Origin: Nemertoderma westbladi
Taxonomy: Eukaryota > Animalia > Xenacoelomorpha
Assembly (NCBI GenBank): GCA_032718475.1
Contig: JAUCBJ010001151.1
Span: 25,432-89,431 of the forward strand
Direction of reading: 5' to 3'
DNA: 64,000 bases
Made by a program: the position numbers and the translations under genes. Positions within the stretch are counted from its first letter, which is position 1. Each line of letters opens with the position of its first letter. The notes below the pieces were generated by a model. It did no database searches. It was not told the origin of the DNA and saw nothing but the letters and a program-made list of their open reading frames with translations. Shown piece after piece: positions 1-12,000 of the stretch.

Positions 1-3000
1 TCGACCTACTTACAGAAAACCAAACTTGGAAAAATCAGGTGAACCTATGTCAACTGATTCGCCCATCGGAACCCATCGCTTACAATGACGAACTAAACGA
101 TGAGATAGAGCGCTGCAACGCTAGAACTCGGGACGAACTAGCCGTACGATTCTTTACTCAGGAACTGGTAGAGCCCAATTCATATGATAAGGCTCTATCG
201 ATAGAAGAAGAAAGAGCCAAGCAAATCCAGGAAACAACTACACGTTTTTTAAAGGACCAAGGTAGGTATGAAATCGGCCTACCATTTCGAAAACGAGAAC
301 CTAGATTTATAAATAACAGACCCTTGGCAGAGAAAAGAATCGCTCAATTACATCGACGCCTTACAGCTAATGCTTCAGCGAAAGAAATGTACCAAACTCA
401 GCTGAAGAAATTTATAACAAAGGGATACGCGGAGCGAGTACCGGAAGGAACACCAGTGACTGAGAGAACGTATTACTTAACACATCATTACGTTCCCAAA
501 CCCGGTAAACCCCATGAAGTACGAGTCGTATTCGATGGCTCTGCTCTATATATGGGCCAATCCCTCAATTCCGAGTTGTTATCAGGACCCAACTTACTCC
601 AATCTTTGTTGGGAATACTTTTGAGATTAAGACAATATTCCATCGCGTTCGCCTCCGATATAGAAGGAATGTTCTTACAAGTCAAGGCGCTGGATAGAGA
701 TAGAGACAGCCTGAGATTTCTGTGGTGGCCTGAAGGAGACCTCAATCAGAAACCGGTAGAGTACTGGATGACCATCCAGGCTTTTGGAATCATATCAAGC
801 CCTTCCAACGCCTGCTCCGTGGTGCGAACCACTGCGAATGACAACCGAGACTCCTTCTCAAAAGAGGTGATAGACAACATCAAACGGAATATATACATGG
901 ACGACAATTTAAGGTCCCTTCCATCAGTAGAAGAAGCCATAGCTGTCGCGAAAGGAACGGTAGAGTGTTTGAAAAGAGGTGGATTTCGACTGACGAAATT
1001 CACTAGCAACTCCCGTGAGTTTCTGGAAGCCATACCGGTAGAAGACCGCGGAGCGAAAGACCTAGACTTAATAAAGGACGATCTTCCTGAAACCAAGACG
1101 CTTGGCTTGAAGTGGGACACTGAAAGAGACATCCTGTTTTTTCAGTTAAAACAGCGAGATAATCCAGTTCGGACCAAACGGATTTGTTTAAGTATCCTGA
1201 GCACTTATTTCGACCCATTGGGATTCATTAGCCCAGTTATATTGATTGCTCGAAGTTTAGTACAACAAATGTGGCTTGAAAACCACTCATGGGACGATCC
1301 GCTTAAGGGAGAATTGTTAAAGAAATGGATGAAATGGGAAAATTCTCTACCTGCCATCGAGAACTTTATAATTTCCCGTGCATATTTTGGCCATGTTCTT
1401 CCTACGTATCCTTATCAACTCCATGTGTTTGGAGACGCCAGCGACATGGGAATAGGTATAGTAGCATATCTGCGAGTCGAAACCCCGGATGGAATCAAAG
1501 TCGCCTTGGTTACCTCTAAGGCATTGATTAACAACAAGTTAAAGGTTCCTCGAGCGGAGTTAAAGGCGGCTTTATACGCTACAGCCATCGGCCGGAACGT
1601 AACGGAACAAATCGACTATCCGCTGGAGAAAACGGTTTATTGGACCGACGCTTTACTCGTGTTGGAGTATCTAACCAATGAAGTCTGTCAGTTCAGCGTT
1701 TTTGTTACTAACAGAGTAGCTATTATTCTTAGTCGCACAAAGATAGATCAATGGCGACATTGCCCTGGTACGATTAATCCAGCCGATATCGCCTCCAGGG
1801 GAGCAACTCCACAGGAACTGATAGATACTCCAGATTGGTTGGGTGGACCCGACTTCCTGAGCAAGGAAGAGGATGAATGGCCTCCTCACCTTACTACGAC
1901 AGAGATTAGACAAGCCAAGGGAGCGGAGACAGTCAAACCTAAAACCCGGGCGAGTAAATCGAAGTTATTTAAACCGACTATCGATCTATCTGTATTACAT
2001 ACTTCCGGGAATGATGCTTCGGATCCACAATCCTTCAACACAAATAAGTCTGTTGTGGAAATTAGAGATAGAGATTGGAAATCTGGAATACCAGACGTCT
2101 CGCAAGGAATCTCACCCATGCTGCAGAGAGCAATGCATCATTACAGTTCCTGGAATCGGCTCTGTAAAGCCGTCACATATTTAAGACGATGTTTTCATCA
2201 TCACTACTCCAGGACGAAGACCACTAGTGATAACGCTCCATTGACATCTGCACAAGTTCATGTTATTAAAAATTTACCCAAATATAAGACATCTGACCGT
2301 TTTCTCAAGGAGAAAATTAGTCACCAGGAGCATGAAGAAACCAATAAGCAGATACTGAGACTCCTGCAATGCTATGAGGATTCCGAAAAGTATTTCCTGT
2401 TGTTGAGAAATCCGCAGATGTGCTTAAGGGATCGATTCTCGAGCACAATGATAGATGGGCTAATACGTGTTGGAGGAAGACTCACCAATGCGCCCTTATC
2501 CTTTGACACCAAATTCCCCTTACTTATTAGAAATCTTGAAGTACAAATCAAGATGATTGTAGACGTTCACAGTAAACTTTATCATGCTGGTAGAGAACGA
2601 ATTCTTAGCGAAATTCGAACTCGCTATTATTTTGATAAACCCCGTAGAGCTCTGAACCAAGTTCTTAGGAACTGCATACCCTGTAGGAAGGCATTCAGTA
2701 GGCCTTTAACACAGCGAGAGGCAGAATTACCTAGGGAACGAGTAAGCTTCTATGAACCACCTTTTACTAATACTGGTGTAGATTTATTTGGCCCTATTGA
2801 AGTATACCGTGCTAGGACTATAGTCAAGAGATGGTGTGTCATCTTCGTGTGCATGACTTGTAGAGCCATCCATCTCGATATGGTGAACGATCTATCTACC
2901 AACAGCTTCGTCTTAAGTTTACGACGACAGATCGCTCGCTTCGGGACGAGTAATACCATGAGATCGGATAAGGGAACGAACTTCATTGGTGCCAACAACG

Positions 3001-3779
3001 AAATACAGGCTTACGTGAAGGACTGGAACCAAAGACAGGTGGACGACCAGCTAAGGATAACAGCGTCTAGCTGGACCTTCAACGCCGCTGACGCCCCTTG
3101 GTGGGGAGGAAGTTGGGAGAGATTAATTCGAAGTGTCAAAACCGCATTTCACTTTATAGTGCCATGCCGCGCGTATCTCACCGACGAACTTTTGCGGACG
3201 TTAATGGAGGAAATAGCTGCCTATCTCAACGAGAGACCGCTTATGCCAGTCTCATCGAGTCCCGATTCCCTAGAAGCGCTAACACCCGCGCACTTCCTAC
3301 TGAAGAAACCTGTAGCCATGCTCCCACGATCGGAGATTGCCGACGGAGACGAATACTGCCGTCGAACTTGGCAACTTATGCAGTTGCTATCCCGTCGTTT
3401 CGCTGACCATTTCGAGAAACATTATCTGCCCACGCTACAACTTCGAACTAAGTGGTTTGCGCAGCAAGAAAACGTCAGCGCCGGAGATATGGTGCTTATT
3501 GTAGATCCAGACCTCCCACGTAAACGGTGGCAGACAGGTCGTATCATCGAGACTCACATCTCGGATGATGGTTTAGTGCGCTCAGTAGAACTTGTCGTCA
3601 TGCGGCGTAACTTCAAGAAGCCAGGCATAATCTTTGAGACGCAACAACTCAATCGCCCAGTTGGTCGTTTATGTTTACTGGAAAGAGACAGAGAACTCTC
3701 TGGAAACTATGGAAGGCAAGACACTCTTCCCACGACCACCTCCCTAATTCCTCAAACATCTAGGGACTCCCCAACGTGA
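1..3779 (+). CDS. BEL/Pao LTR retrotransposon pol (RT, RNase H, integrase); 5' part lies outside the window
   Basis: Uninterrupted 1246-aa ORF with Pao-type motifs: RVVFDGS, SDIEGMFLQV, YMDD (RT), LHVFGDAS, YWTD, NPAD, integrase H-H-C-C, GVDLFGP, SDKGTNF, GGSWERLIRSVK, C-terminal W...G.I...DGLVRSV. The GTG start at 39 is probably just a window-edge effect. Confidence 0.96.
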   Translation, partial: DLLTENQTWKNQVNLCQLIRPSEPIAYNDELNDEIERCNARTRDELAVRFFTQELVEPNSYDKALSIEEERAKQIQETTTRFLKDQGRYEIGLPFRKREPRFINNRPLAEKRIAQLHRRLTANASAKEMYQTQLKKFITKGYAERVPEGTPVTERTYYLTHHYVPKPGKPHEVRVVFDGSALYMGQSLNSELLSGPNLLQSLLGILLRLRQYSIAFASDIEGMFLQVKALDRDRDSLRFLWWPEGDLNQKPVEYWMTIQAFGIISSPSNACSVVRTTANDNRDSFSKEVIDNIKRNIYMDDNLRSLPSVEEAIAVAKGTVECLKRGGFRLTKFTSNSREFLEAIPVEDRGAKDLDLIKDDLPETKTLGLKWDTERDILFFQLKQRDNPVRTKRICLSILSTYFDPLGFISPVILIARSLVQQMWLENHSWDDPLKGELLKKWMKWENSLPAIENFIISRAYFGHVLPTYPYQLHVFGDASDMGIGIVAYLRVETPDGIKVALVTSKALINNKLKVPRAELKAALYATAIGRNVTEQIDYPLEKTVYWTDALLVLEYLTNEVCQFSVFVTNRVAIILSRTKIDQWRHCPGTINPADIASRGATPQELIDTPDWLGGPDFLSKEEDEWPPHLTTTEIRQAKGAETVKPKTRASKSKLFKPTIDLSVLHTSGNDASDPQSFNTNKSVVEIRDRDWKSGIPDVSQGISPMLQRAMHHYSSWNRLCKAVTYLRRCFHHHYSRTKTTSDNAPLTSAQVHVIKNLPKYKTSDRFLKEKISHQEHEETNKQILRLLQCYEDSEKYFLLLRNPQMCLRDRFSSTMIDGLIRVGGRLTNAPLSFDTKFPLLIRNLEVQIKMIVDVHSKLYHAGRERILSEIRTRYYFDKPRRALNQVLRNCIPCRKAFSRPLTQREAELPRERVSFYEPPFTNTGVDLFGPIEVYRARTIVKRWCVIFVCMTCRAIHLDMVNDLSTNSFVLSLRRQIARFGTSNTMRSDKGTNFIGANNEIQAYVKDWNQRQVDDQLRITASSWTFNAADAPWWGGSWERLIRSVKTAFHFIVPCRAYLTDELLRTLMEEIAAYLNERPLMPVSSSPDSLEALTPAHFLLKKPVAMLPRSEIADGDEYCRRTWQLMQLLSRRFADHFEKHYLPTLQLRTKWFAQQENVSAGDMVLIVDPDLPRKRWQTGRIIETHISDDGLVRSVELVVMRRNFKKPGIIFETQQLNRPVGRLCLLERDRELSGNYGRQDTLPTTTSLIPQTSRDSPT

Positions 3780-4324
3780 TACGTCTGGAGTGGGTGTATG
3801 ACTATATTGTTTTATCTATTTTATTATATTTTTATATGCGAACTTTATTATGTACTTTATTATAATCGTTTTTATTCAATTTTATTTAGTAGAATGTTAT
3901 TTTAGTGATTATTTAGTAGATTAGTGCAATATATTAGTGTTTATTACGTACGTAATTACTTATAATATATATTTAGTGCGACGGCGAGAAATAATTTTTT
4001 CTCTTTCCTTACTGTCCGTATCATATTATAAATACGTGACTACAGTAAGATGAAATGTCCGTACTTCTTAAAGTACAATAAAGCCACTACTATATTCAAG
4101 TATTATTGGTAGGCAGAGTATTAGGAATGCAAAGTTCAGATCCTCGTGTCTCGGCTAAACCAAGCTCTGGGTAGACCTTGGAAACGACTTGCCTCTTCAC
4201 ACTGACATTGCTTCGTGCGATATTGCTCTTCTACCTTATATTAAATAATACATATAGTAGCGTGAAGTCCCTCTAACAGTAGCGTAAAACGCAAATAAAT
4301 CTGTTAAACCTTTTGACCATCTGT

Positions 4325-4605
4325 AATTCTAGTCGATTAAGATATCGCGGCACCCACCTATATACTTGAAAGACAAATTCTAGAATCAGTGGTTAACGTC
4401 CCCAGACAAGCTCTGGAAAAAATCGGTGCCCATCTTAAATATTAATTTAATATTTAGTAAAATCTGTAAAATTCAGATCCGTTAACAATTCTAGTCGATT
4501 AAGATATCGTAGCACTTACCGATACTCTTAAAAGACAAATTTCATAGAATTAAGGATCCTATGTCCCCAGACCTGCGCTGGAATCAAATTGTGTCAATTT
4601 TAACA
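4325..4605 (+). repeat. Diverged tandem duplication, about 160-bp period
   Basis: AATTCTAGTCGATTAAGATATCG...AAAGACAAATT...GTCCCCAGAC occurs at about 4325 and about 4487. Confidence 0.8.
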
Positions 4606-5403
4606 TCAAATAATAAAATTCACGGGAATAAATTTAAATTCATATTTTAAATGAATTTCATAAATTGTCATTTTTGTACAATTTATAACATTCCCAAAAT
4701 TCCATTAATTAATAGATCATGGGAGCGGAGATTCATCCTATTGAGTGTATTAGAGTGCGAGAATCTCCAACATATAGTCAATAGCCGATAAAATTAATAA
4801 AATCATGCATAAAGAGGATATTGACAACTAAAGAATTATTATTAAATAGCATCCCAGATCTGTATGCATGAGAATTACCCTAATTCTACCGCTAGCATTC
4901 CATAATGTCACCATAGCAACACCCACGCTAGAATTAGAAGCAAGTTAAAAGAACAATAGAAAGCTTGTCCCATTGCATAGCATAGAGAATATAGCACACT
5001 GCTAGTATCCAAGGATACACAGTAATAACGTGACATTCTGGAAGGCACTGACTAACGGACAAATGGCCTGTATGTGTACAATTGGTGACAGTTGTGTGGA
5101 ATTTGTGCGTTTGTAGGTGAATGTTACTGCTAAGGTGTGTTTACAGTATCTAGTCGCAATTGTGAAAGTAGCCCAACTCTCCTATAGAAAGAACCTAAAG
5201 TGGATTCAAGCCTTTGGGACGGACAGTGGAGTGACTTGTGCCGGTTATCGTTGTCGTGATGTTGCTACATGTTGGCGTAAACACCGCGACGACGGTACAT
5301 CGGCGCTGAGAATCCCACTGTCCGGGGCGAAGAGAGGTAGGCAGCGACGCCCGCTCGCCTAAACATAAACTCATTACAATATTAATAAACTCAGATAGCA
5401 GAT

Positions 5404-5742
5404 ATGACGGAGTTGATAGAAGATGATCTTGGTATCAGGGAGCGATATACTCTACCTTTACAAGCATTTGTGGATAGCTTGATACGCGGTGAAGCCGATC
5501 CAACCATTACGGAGGACGATGGTCGTTATATCGAACCGCCGATGTCCCAAGAGCAACTTACGCGTGAATTGGACTATCGAAAATTCACCGCTCGCTATAC
5601 GCATCGTAATGGTACGTATATGGACTTCCTAACTACCGGCCATCCTATCGATTTACATGATACGGACGATGTAGACACCGAAAGGGAAATGGTCTATTTA
5701 AATATCATACCCAGCGGAGTCGTAACGATAAACCGAAAATAG
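5404..5742 (+). CDS. Acidic ORF, possibly the 5' part or first exon of the zinc-knuckle ORF
   Basis: 112-aa ATG ORF with coding-like composition that continues past the TAG; no recognised family. Confidence 0.4.
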   Translation: MTELIEDDLGIRERYTLPLQAFVDSLIRGEADPTITEDDGRYIEPPMSQEQLTRELDYRKFTARYTHRNGTYMDFLTTGHPIDLHDTDDVDTEREMVYLNIIPSGVVTINRK

Positions 5743-5957
5743 ATCACGAAAATTCTATTCGTAACAGACTGGGAAGACGAACCAATATGCCTAGAATCTG
5801 AGGAGATTCAGCCTATCGCGCCCGGAACAGCGACAACGACTACATCATAGAATGGTATCAAGGTCCACAGTGTCTCACTGCGTACGATTATCGACATGCC
5901 AACTATGTTTCTAGGCAACGTTGTCGGTTATGCGCATCGAGAGACCACGATACGCCC

Positions 5958-6851
5958 ATGGACACCAACGTCCGCTGTTCCTATTTCCAAGAACAACCGA
6001 CTATGGAAATTTATTGCGCATATTGCAGACTCAATAACTTGCATATCTTTGCGGTTTGCCCTCAATTTATGACTCAATGTCACCATTGTCAACTAAAGGG
6101 ACATGCCAGTTTCGATTGCCCTTTTAATCACGATTTGGAAAGCGTAGATGAAATGATCACACTACGTTACATCAGAGCTTGGGAAGCGAACGCTGATTTA
6201 CATTGTGATTCGCGCCATCGCTATTATCCCGGACGCGCTTACGAAGGAGTTTATGCGTTCCATCCTTATCTATTCGCTTCGGTTGAACAGAAATCACGCA
6301 TATCAAGTTACGAGCTACTGAAGCGCGTCGGAGAATGTATCTCAACCAAATTCGTACGCAAATTTCTCAGGAGTGTTAATCCTAGCAACCTTCATTCCTA
6401 TAACTTAATCAATTATATCCGTCAGGATCCGGACTATGGAGACTTGTTTGTTAACTCACACCCCGAGTTACAGGAAGTATATCGACGGCCTTACGAATAC
6501 CGAGCCCGCGAACGCGAGTTGGAAAGGACCATTAAACCCCGGAGGTTTCTAACTGCCTATGGTCCACCTACGGCCCTCGTTCAGACCACTCGTAAAGGAC
6601 CCGTAAGAGCGGCTGTCTTGAAACGAGCTCTCAAAGCCGTTAGACCCCTCTCCCCTGACGTTGATGTCAATCAACCCGGTACTTCGACTGGCGGATACAC
6701 CGACCATAATCCCACACCCTCTGATGCAATCATATTGCACCCTTCACCCAGGAGTTATAGCCCTCCTTGTAAAGTGGCTCGCCCCAAAGAGAAAAGGACT
6801 CTGGCTAGCTTTAAAAAACTGCGTAAACGCCGTCCGCGCAAGAAAGACTAA
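5958..6851 (+). CDS. CCHC zinc-knuckle protein with basic C-terminus; putative retrotransposon accessory ORF
   Basis: CHHCQLKGHASFDC is an exact CX2CX4HX4C. CAYCRLNNLHIFAVC is a variant, and CRLCASRDH lies in frame just upstream of the ATG (frame open back to about 5802). Ends KKLRKRRPRKKD (NLS-like). Confidence 0.7.
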   Translation: MDTNVRCSYFQEQPTMEIYCAYCRLNNLHIFAVCPQFMTQCHHCQLKGHASFDCPFNHDLESVDEMITLRYIRAWEANADLHCDSRHRYYPGRAYEGVYAFHPYLFASVEQKSRISSYELLKRVGECISTKFVRKFLRSVNPSNLHSYNLINYIRQDPDYGDLFVNSHPELQEVYRRPYEYRARERELERTIKPRRFLTAYGPPTALVQTTRKGPVRAAVLKRALKAVRPLSPDVDVNQPGTSTGGYTDHNPTPSDAIILHPSPRSYSPPCKVARPKEKRTLASFKKLRKRRPRKKD

Positions 6852-8339
6852 CTTTTTAGAGTATTTATGTATATTAGAAACTGTGATTTTGTATATTTTA
6901 TAGACTCAAATCCCATTTTCTGGGAGCGGTGTAAAAGCTTCTGTGGGATATAACTGGCCCCTTTGCTTCGCAATCCAGTTTCCCCCCAGGCGCTGGAATA
7001 CTCTAAAAGGTTCTCTAACTGTATATATATTCCCCTCGCCCGCAAGGTACCGTTACAGGTGTTTTAACGGACATAAAAGTCATTCTTCTATATACGTGCT
7101 TTGGCGGACATGGTAAGGCAAAAAACCCGCAATGCACCAAATACCTTTACACGGCTTGGCCTTGATGATTCAGATTGCGACATCTAGCAGCTGGTTGCTG
7201 GCATGGAAACAGCCATTGGACGCATGGTTCTTTGTTTGGCTTGAGCCAATCAGAGCGATTTTTTCTGTCGACGTGTAGATATTCGGTCGATCATACTAGG
7301 AGTGTTCTGTCTTACTGTTTTTTGTGATACCGTTGTGTTGTTGCTATCTAGGCCAGGAACACCGGCTCTAGAGTCAATTCGTTTTCATACTTTAGAAGAA
7401 ACATTAGTAGGCTTAAATTATAGAGCGTATAACTGTTATCAACTCATATCAATCAGTGCAGTCCGGTCCAGTCAAACAGTGTTACCATCTTAACCTACCG
7501 TCTTAATGCTATTTACTGTTGTGTTTTGGTTGAATATTATTATTTGGAGAACATTTATAAAGAACCCAAATTTCCCAATTTTCTTGATACACTACAGGTT
7601 AGAGAGACGGGTTATATATAGCGATTGCGACTTATATTGTTGTGGTTTGTAGTGAATTTAATGCTATTTGATAAGCCCTACATGAGTCCGTTGCTGCTCT
7701 CTTTATATATGATAAAATTCATTGACGGTCGGCAAATTAGTGAGCAGTATTGTGTGTTACCGGTAGTGTGCCTGATTGTGACTGATAACTAAGCATTTCC
7801 TAAAGAATGCGCCTCATACGTGAATCATAAGCCTTACCGACTTGCCGTTGTGATTAGTATAAGTCATATCTCTGTTTACCTAGATAGAGCGCCACGTCCT
7901 AAAGGAACTGTTAATATTTCCCGAAAGTGAATAATATTAGTCAGAAATTATTTATTAACGATCAATCGAATAATACAGTAAGCTTACACTGCAATAATAA
8001 TCTAAGCCCTCAGAATCCAGTCTCCCGGGTATATCCAGCGGGTGAATGGACGCGCACTAGGCTGGCTTCTGCTAATGTTGTGTTTATTGGTATTAAATAT
8101 TTGTCAACTTCTAAAGTCTATTTATAAACCAAAAGACATATAAATTTTGGCAGGTTAAACTGCTAAAGGTCTTCAAAAGCGCGTACAAAGGTTGTACTTG
8201 ACTACGGTGCATATTATACCTCCCTTCCTTCTTTCGTGCCAATATCACCTAACTTTATTTTAGATTTTGTTTTATCTGTATTTTCCCCCTATTCTGTGCT
8301 ATCATCGTACCTACCTCTCTACTTGTTTCTTACTACGTA

Positions 8340-8910
8340 CTTACTACTTACTACTATAGTATGTTGTATCCATATACCATTTTCTCTACTCTATTACTGC
8401 TAACTCTACTAACTCTACTAACTCCACTTATTCTACTAACTCTACTAACTCTACTGATTCTACTAACTCCACTAACTCTACTAATTCCAACGGTACTATG
8501 TACCCTCCTACTACCCTCGTGGTATGTCTCTATACCACACTCCCTATTCTTCTAAATCTAACGGTACTACGTACCCTCTTACTCCCGTGGTATGTCTCTA
8601 TACCACACTCCCTGATCTCTAACTTCTAACTCTCACGGTACTATGTACCCTCCTACCCTCGTGGTATGTCTCTATACCACACTCCCTATACTTCTAACTC
8701 TAACGGTACTATGTACCCTCTTACTCCCGTGGTATGTCTCTATACCACACTCCCTATACATCTAACTCTCCTCTTACTCTTACTAACTTCTATTAACTTT
8801 CTAACTACTACTAACTTCTGCTAACTTTCTAACTATTACTAACTTCTGCTAACTTTCTAACTATTACGTGCTACGTACTATCTACTACTATCACTTTCTG
8901 ACTTTCTGCT
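8340..8910. repeat. Low-complexity (CTAACTCTA-like) tract enclosing four ~70-bp hairpin-containing repeats
   Basis: Units start at 8489, 8560, 8634 and 8702; each has GGTAC-TAT/TAC-GTACC and GTGGTAT-GTCTCT-ATACCAC. Confidence 0.9.
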
Positions 8911-9014
8911 TTCTCACTTTATTTTATTATTTTTATTTTTTTTATATTTTGTGTGGGAAGGGCGTCTCGCCCTCAATCCCACCCCCTTCAGTCCAACACT
9001 TGGACGACTAAACT

Positions 9015-12000
9015 CTATGGTGCCCCTTCTAATAGGCAGCACTTTCCTACAGCCCTCCTGTAGGTCTTTCTATCTTTCGCTCCTATCTTACCCTCTATCC
9101 GCACTTCCACCAATCAGACTCTTCCGTCCTCGTCGGGGTAAGTGTCTACTTCCCTCGCTAGCCTCCACTGATTGTTGATGATTGTGTCGTCAGTGACGAT
9201 CACTAAGTCACCTTTCTTTAACTCTCTAGTGGTGTTTCTCCACTTGCTCCTCCTGTGTAATGTGGGTAGGTATTCCTCGACCCACCTCCTCCAATACTCG
9301 GCGCTTATCGCCTTGGCGACTTTCCAACTCTGTCGGGAGTGTATGTCATCTGGGTCTACACCCCGCATGTCGATGGTCGCTGGCCTTTCCATCAGAAAGT
9401 GGCTCGGTGTTAGCACGTTATTCACGTTATTCCGGGTTGTCATTCTCCTGGTATAGCGGTCTGCTATTAATGATTCCCTCACACTTAGCAAGCACCGTTC
9501 TTAGAATGTCCTCTGTCACCATGTGGGTGTTCATCAACTTCGTCATCAGACGCTTGGAACTACCCACAAGCCTCTCGACGCATCCTAATGTATGTGGTGC
9601 ATACGGCGTCCTCTTTTCCCACTTCACCTGTCGTCTCCTCATGGCTGCCCTGACCTCTTCTCCTTCTAGGATGTCCAAGGCCTCCGCCAACTCGTTCTCC
9701 ACTCCCACAAAGTTGGTTCCATTGTCGGAATAGATCACTGCGATCGTTCCACCTTTGCGGTCTCTAAATCTCTCTAAGGCATTGATGAATGCCGATGCCG
9801 TGGCATCTTGGGCGAGTTCTATTCCTACCGCCCTCGTGTTGTTACATACAAAGATGATGCCGTATCGTTTCTCCGTGTGTCGCATCACCTTGATCTTAAT
9901 CGGCCCGAACATGTCTATGCCGCAGTGCGTGAATGGCAGGTCGTGCTGTCTCACCCTACTGGCCGGTAATGGCGCCATCTCCTGTACGGCCCTCTCCTTT
10001 CTCGTCTGTCGGCAGGTCTGGCACTGCCCCACTACCGCCTTTACCTTCTTCCTTAGCTGCGCGATCCAGAAGGTCCTCCGTATCTCTGTGAGGGTCTGGT
10101 TGGTGCCTCCGTGCAATATCGACTTGTGGGAGTCCCAAATGATCTGGTGGACTATCGGCGATCTGTTGGGGATGATAATGGGTTTTGGTTGGATGATAAG
10201 GCTGTTGTTATTCAGTACTCTGGAATTCATCACCAGAATCCCGTCATCATTGAGTTGTGGTGACAGCGTGATGAGCTCGCTGTCCCGACGAAGATGTTGT
10301 TGCTTGCTAACTCGATCCAGTTTGTCGGCGTAGTTCCTTCTCTGTTCGTATCGTATCACGGCCTTGGCCGCTCCCTCCAGATCGATGTTTGGTTTCCTCT
10401 TGGCATCCTTGCCAACTCCCTTGAGGAAATCCCCGTAGGCCCTCCAGTACGCTACCAACTTCTTGGTCTTGTACCAGCTGGAGCTGTAGCTGAGTAGCCT
10501 ATCCGTGGGGTTGTCACATGGTTCTTCTGATTTCGGTTGCACCTCCCTGACCTCCCTCACCATCTGACTATATATCTCTTCTCCTTCTGAATCTTCTCCC
10601 TCTTCCCCTGGTGCTATCTCCTCTGAGCCCGGGTCCACCTTCTTCATTGGTGGCCAGGCCGATCTATCGTTCAGGAAGTGTAGCCCATGCTGCCACAACA
10701 CTTCCTTCTTTGAGAAAGTGTGGCATGCCACGCCCCTCGATAACAAGTCTGCTGGGTTCTCGTCCGTAGGGCAGTAGTGCCACCTTTCCAAGTCTGTCGT
10801 CGCCCTTATTTCGTCCACCCTATTCGCGACGAATATAGGGTATCTCGTCTTCTTGTTGTGCAGCCACCCGAGCACTACCATGGAGTCCGTCGAGTAGTGT
10901 GTCTCCACTATGTTGGGAATAGTGTCCATCAAGTAGGCTGTGGCCCTTACTCCTAATCTTGCAGCTGTCAACTCGAGTTTCGGGACTGACGCTGAATCTG
11001 GTGGCGTCGACTTTGCTTTACTGAATGCAAGTCTGGGCTTATGAGCCCCCTTTCACTGTACTAGGTAGAGTGCCGCTCTGTATGCTTCCAATGATGCATT
11101 GGAGAACATGTGTAGGTCCAGATCCATCATGTCCCCGTCCGGGAATACACGCATGGCATGCTGTACATCCCCATCGAAAGCAGGACAATTCGGTCCCGGA
11201 CAATTCGGTCCGGACAATTCGGTCCCGGACAATTCGGTCCCATTAATTTTGTGTTTAGGGACCGAATTGTCCGGGACCGAATTGTCCGGGACCGAATTGT
11301 CCGGATACTGACTAGGACAATTCGGTCCCAAAACATGCTTATTAATGGGACCGAATTGTTCGGGACCGAATTGTCCGGGACCGAATTGTCCGGGACCGAA
11401 TTGTCCAGGACCGAATTGTCCGGGACCAAATTTAATTGGTACTATATAATGGTGAATGTTCTAGAACCTTAATATATATTATTATATGGTAGCTAGTGTT
11501 TTTTTTACTAGCTAGTATTTTTTTTTAAATAAAAAAATTTACTTTTTTTGTTAACATTATTATTTATGGTAGCTATGGTGTTTTTATGGAGCTTGTGAAA
11601 TATTTACTAGCTAGTAATAGTATGTATTTAAAATGTTTAAAGCTGAATTTTTTTATATACTGTGTAAGTATAATGTATGTGTTGTTGGTTGGTAACAAGC
11701 CTAAACTATTATCCTAGATAATAGCTGGATCTCATTCAGGGACTGTTATAATATCATCAATATGGTTGGTAATTAATATAATCAGCAACAGTTTAGGCCT
11801 AATTCTGAAATATCAATGTTTTCACAAGTGTTTTTATAATTTCAAGGAAATGCTAGCTAGTAAAAAAAAACATTAGCTACACCTTAATAAATAATATATA
11901 ATAATGTTCTCGAACACTACCAATAACAAAAATAAAAAAAATACAGTATTTTTAAAATTTCAAAAAATTCTAGCAAGTAAATAACACTAGCTACCATAAC

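Larger units (their letters stand above)
1..8200 (+). mobile_element. BEL/Pao element 1 (right boundary approximate)
   Basis: pol, then purine tract GGAGTGGG+TGT (3787-3797), AT-rich spacer, extra ORF, second purine tract GGGAGCGG+TGT (6922-6932) and a region with a CCAAT box near 7245. The 5' LTR is not in the window, so the 3' LTR cannot be confirmed. Confidence 0.5.

Noticed and set aside
8361-8555. Leu/Thr-rich 64-aa membrane-like ORF
   Set aside because: Translation of the CTAACTCTA low-complexity repeat.
8489-8768. Hammerhead ribozyme in the hairpin repeats or satellites
   Set aside because: No CTGANGA...GAAA core in the required arrangement seen on either strand.
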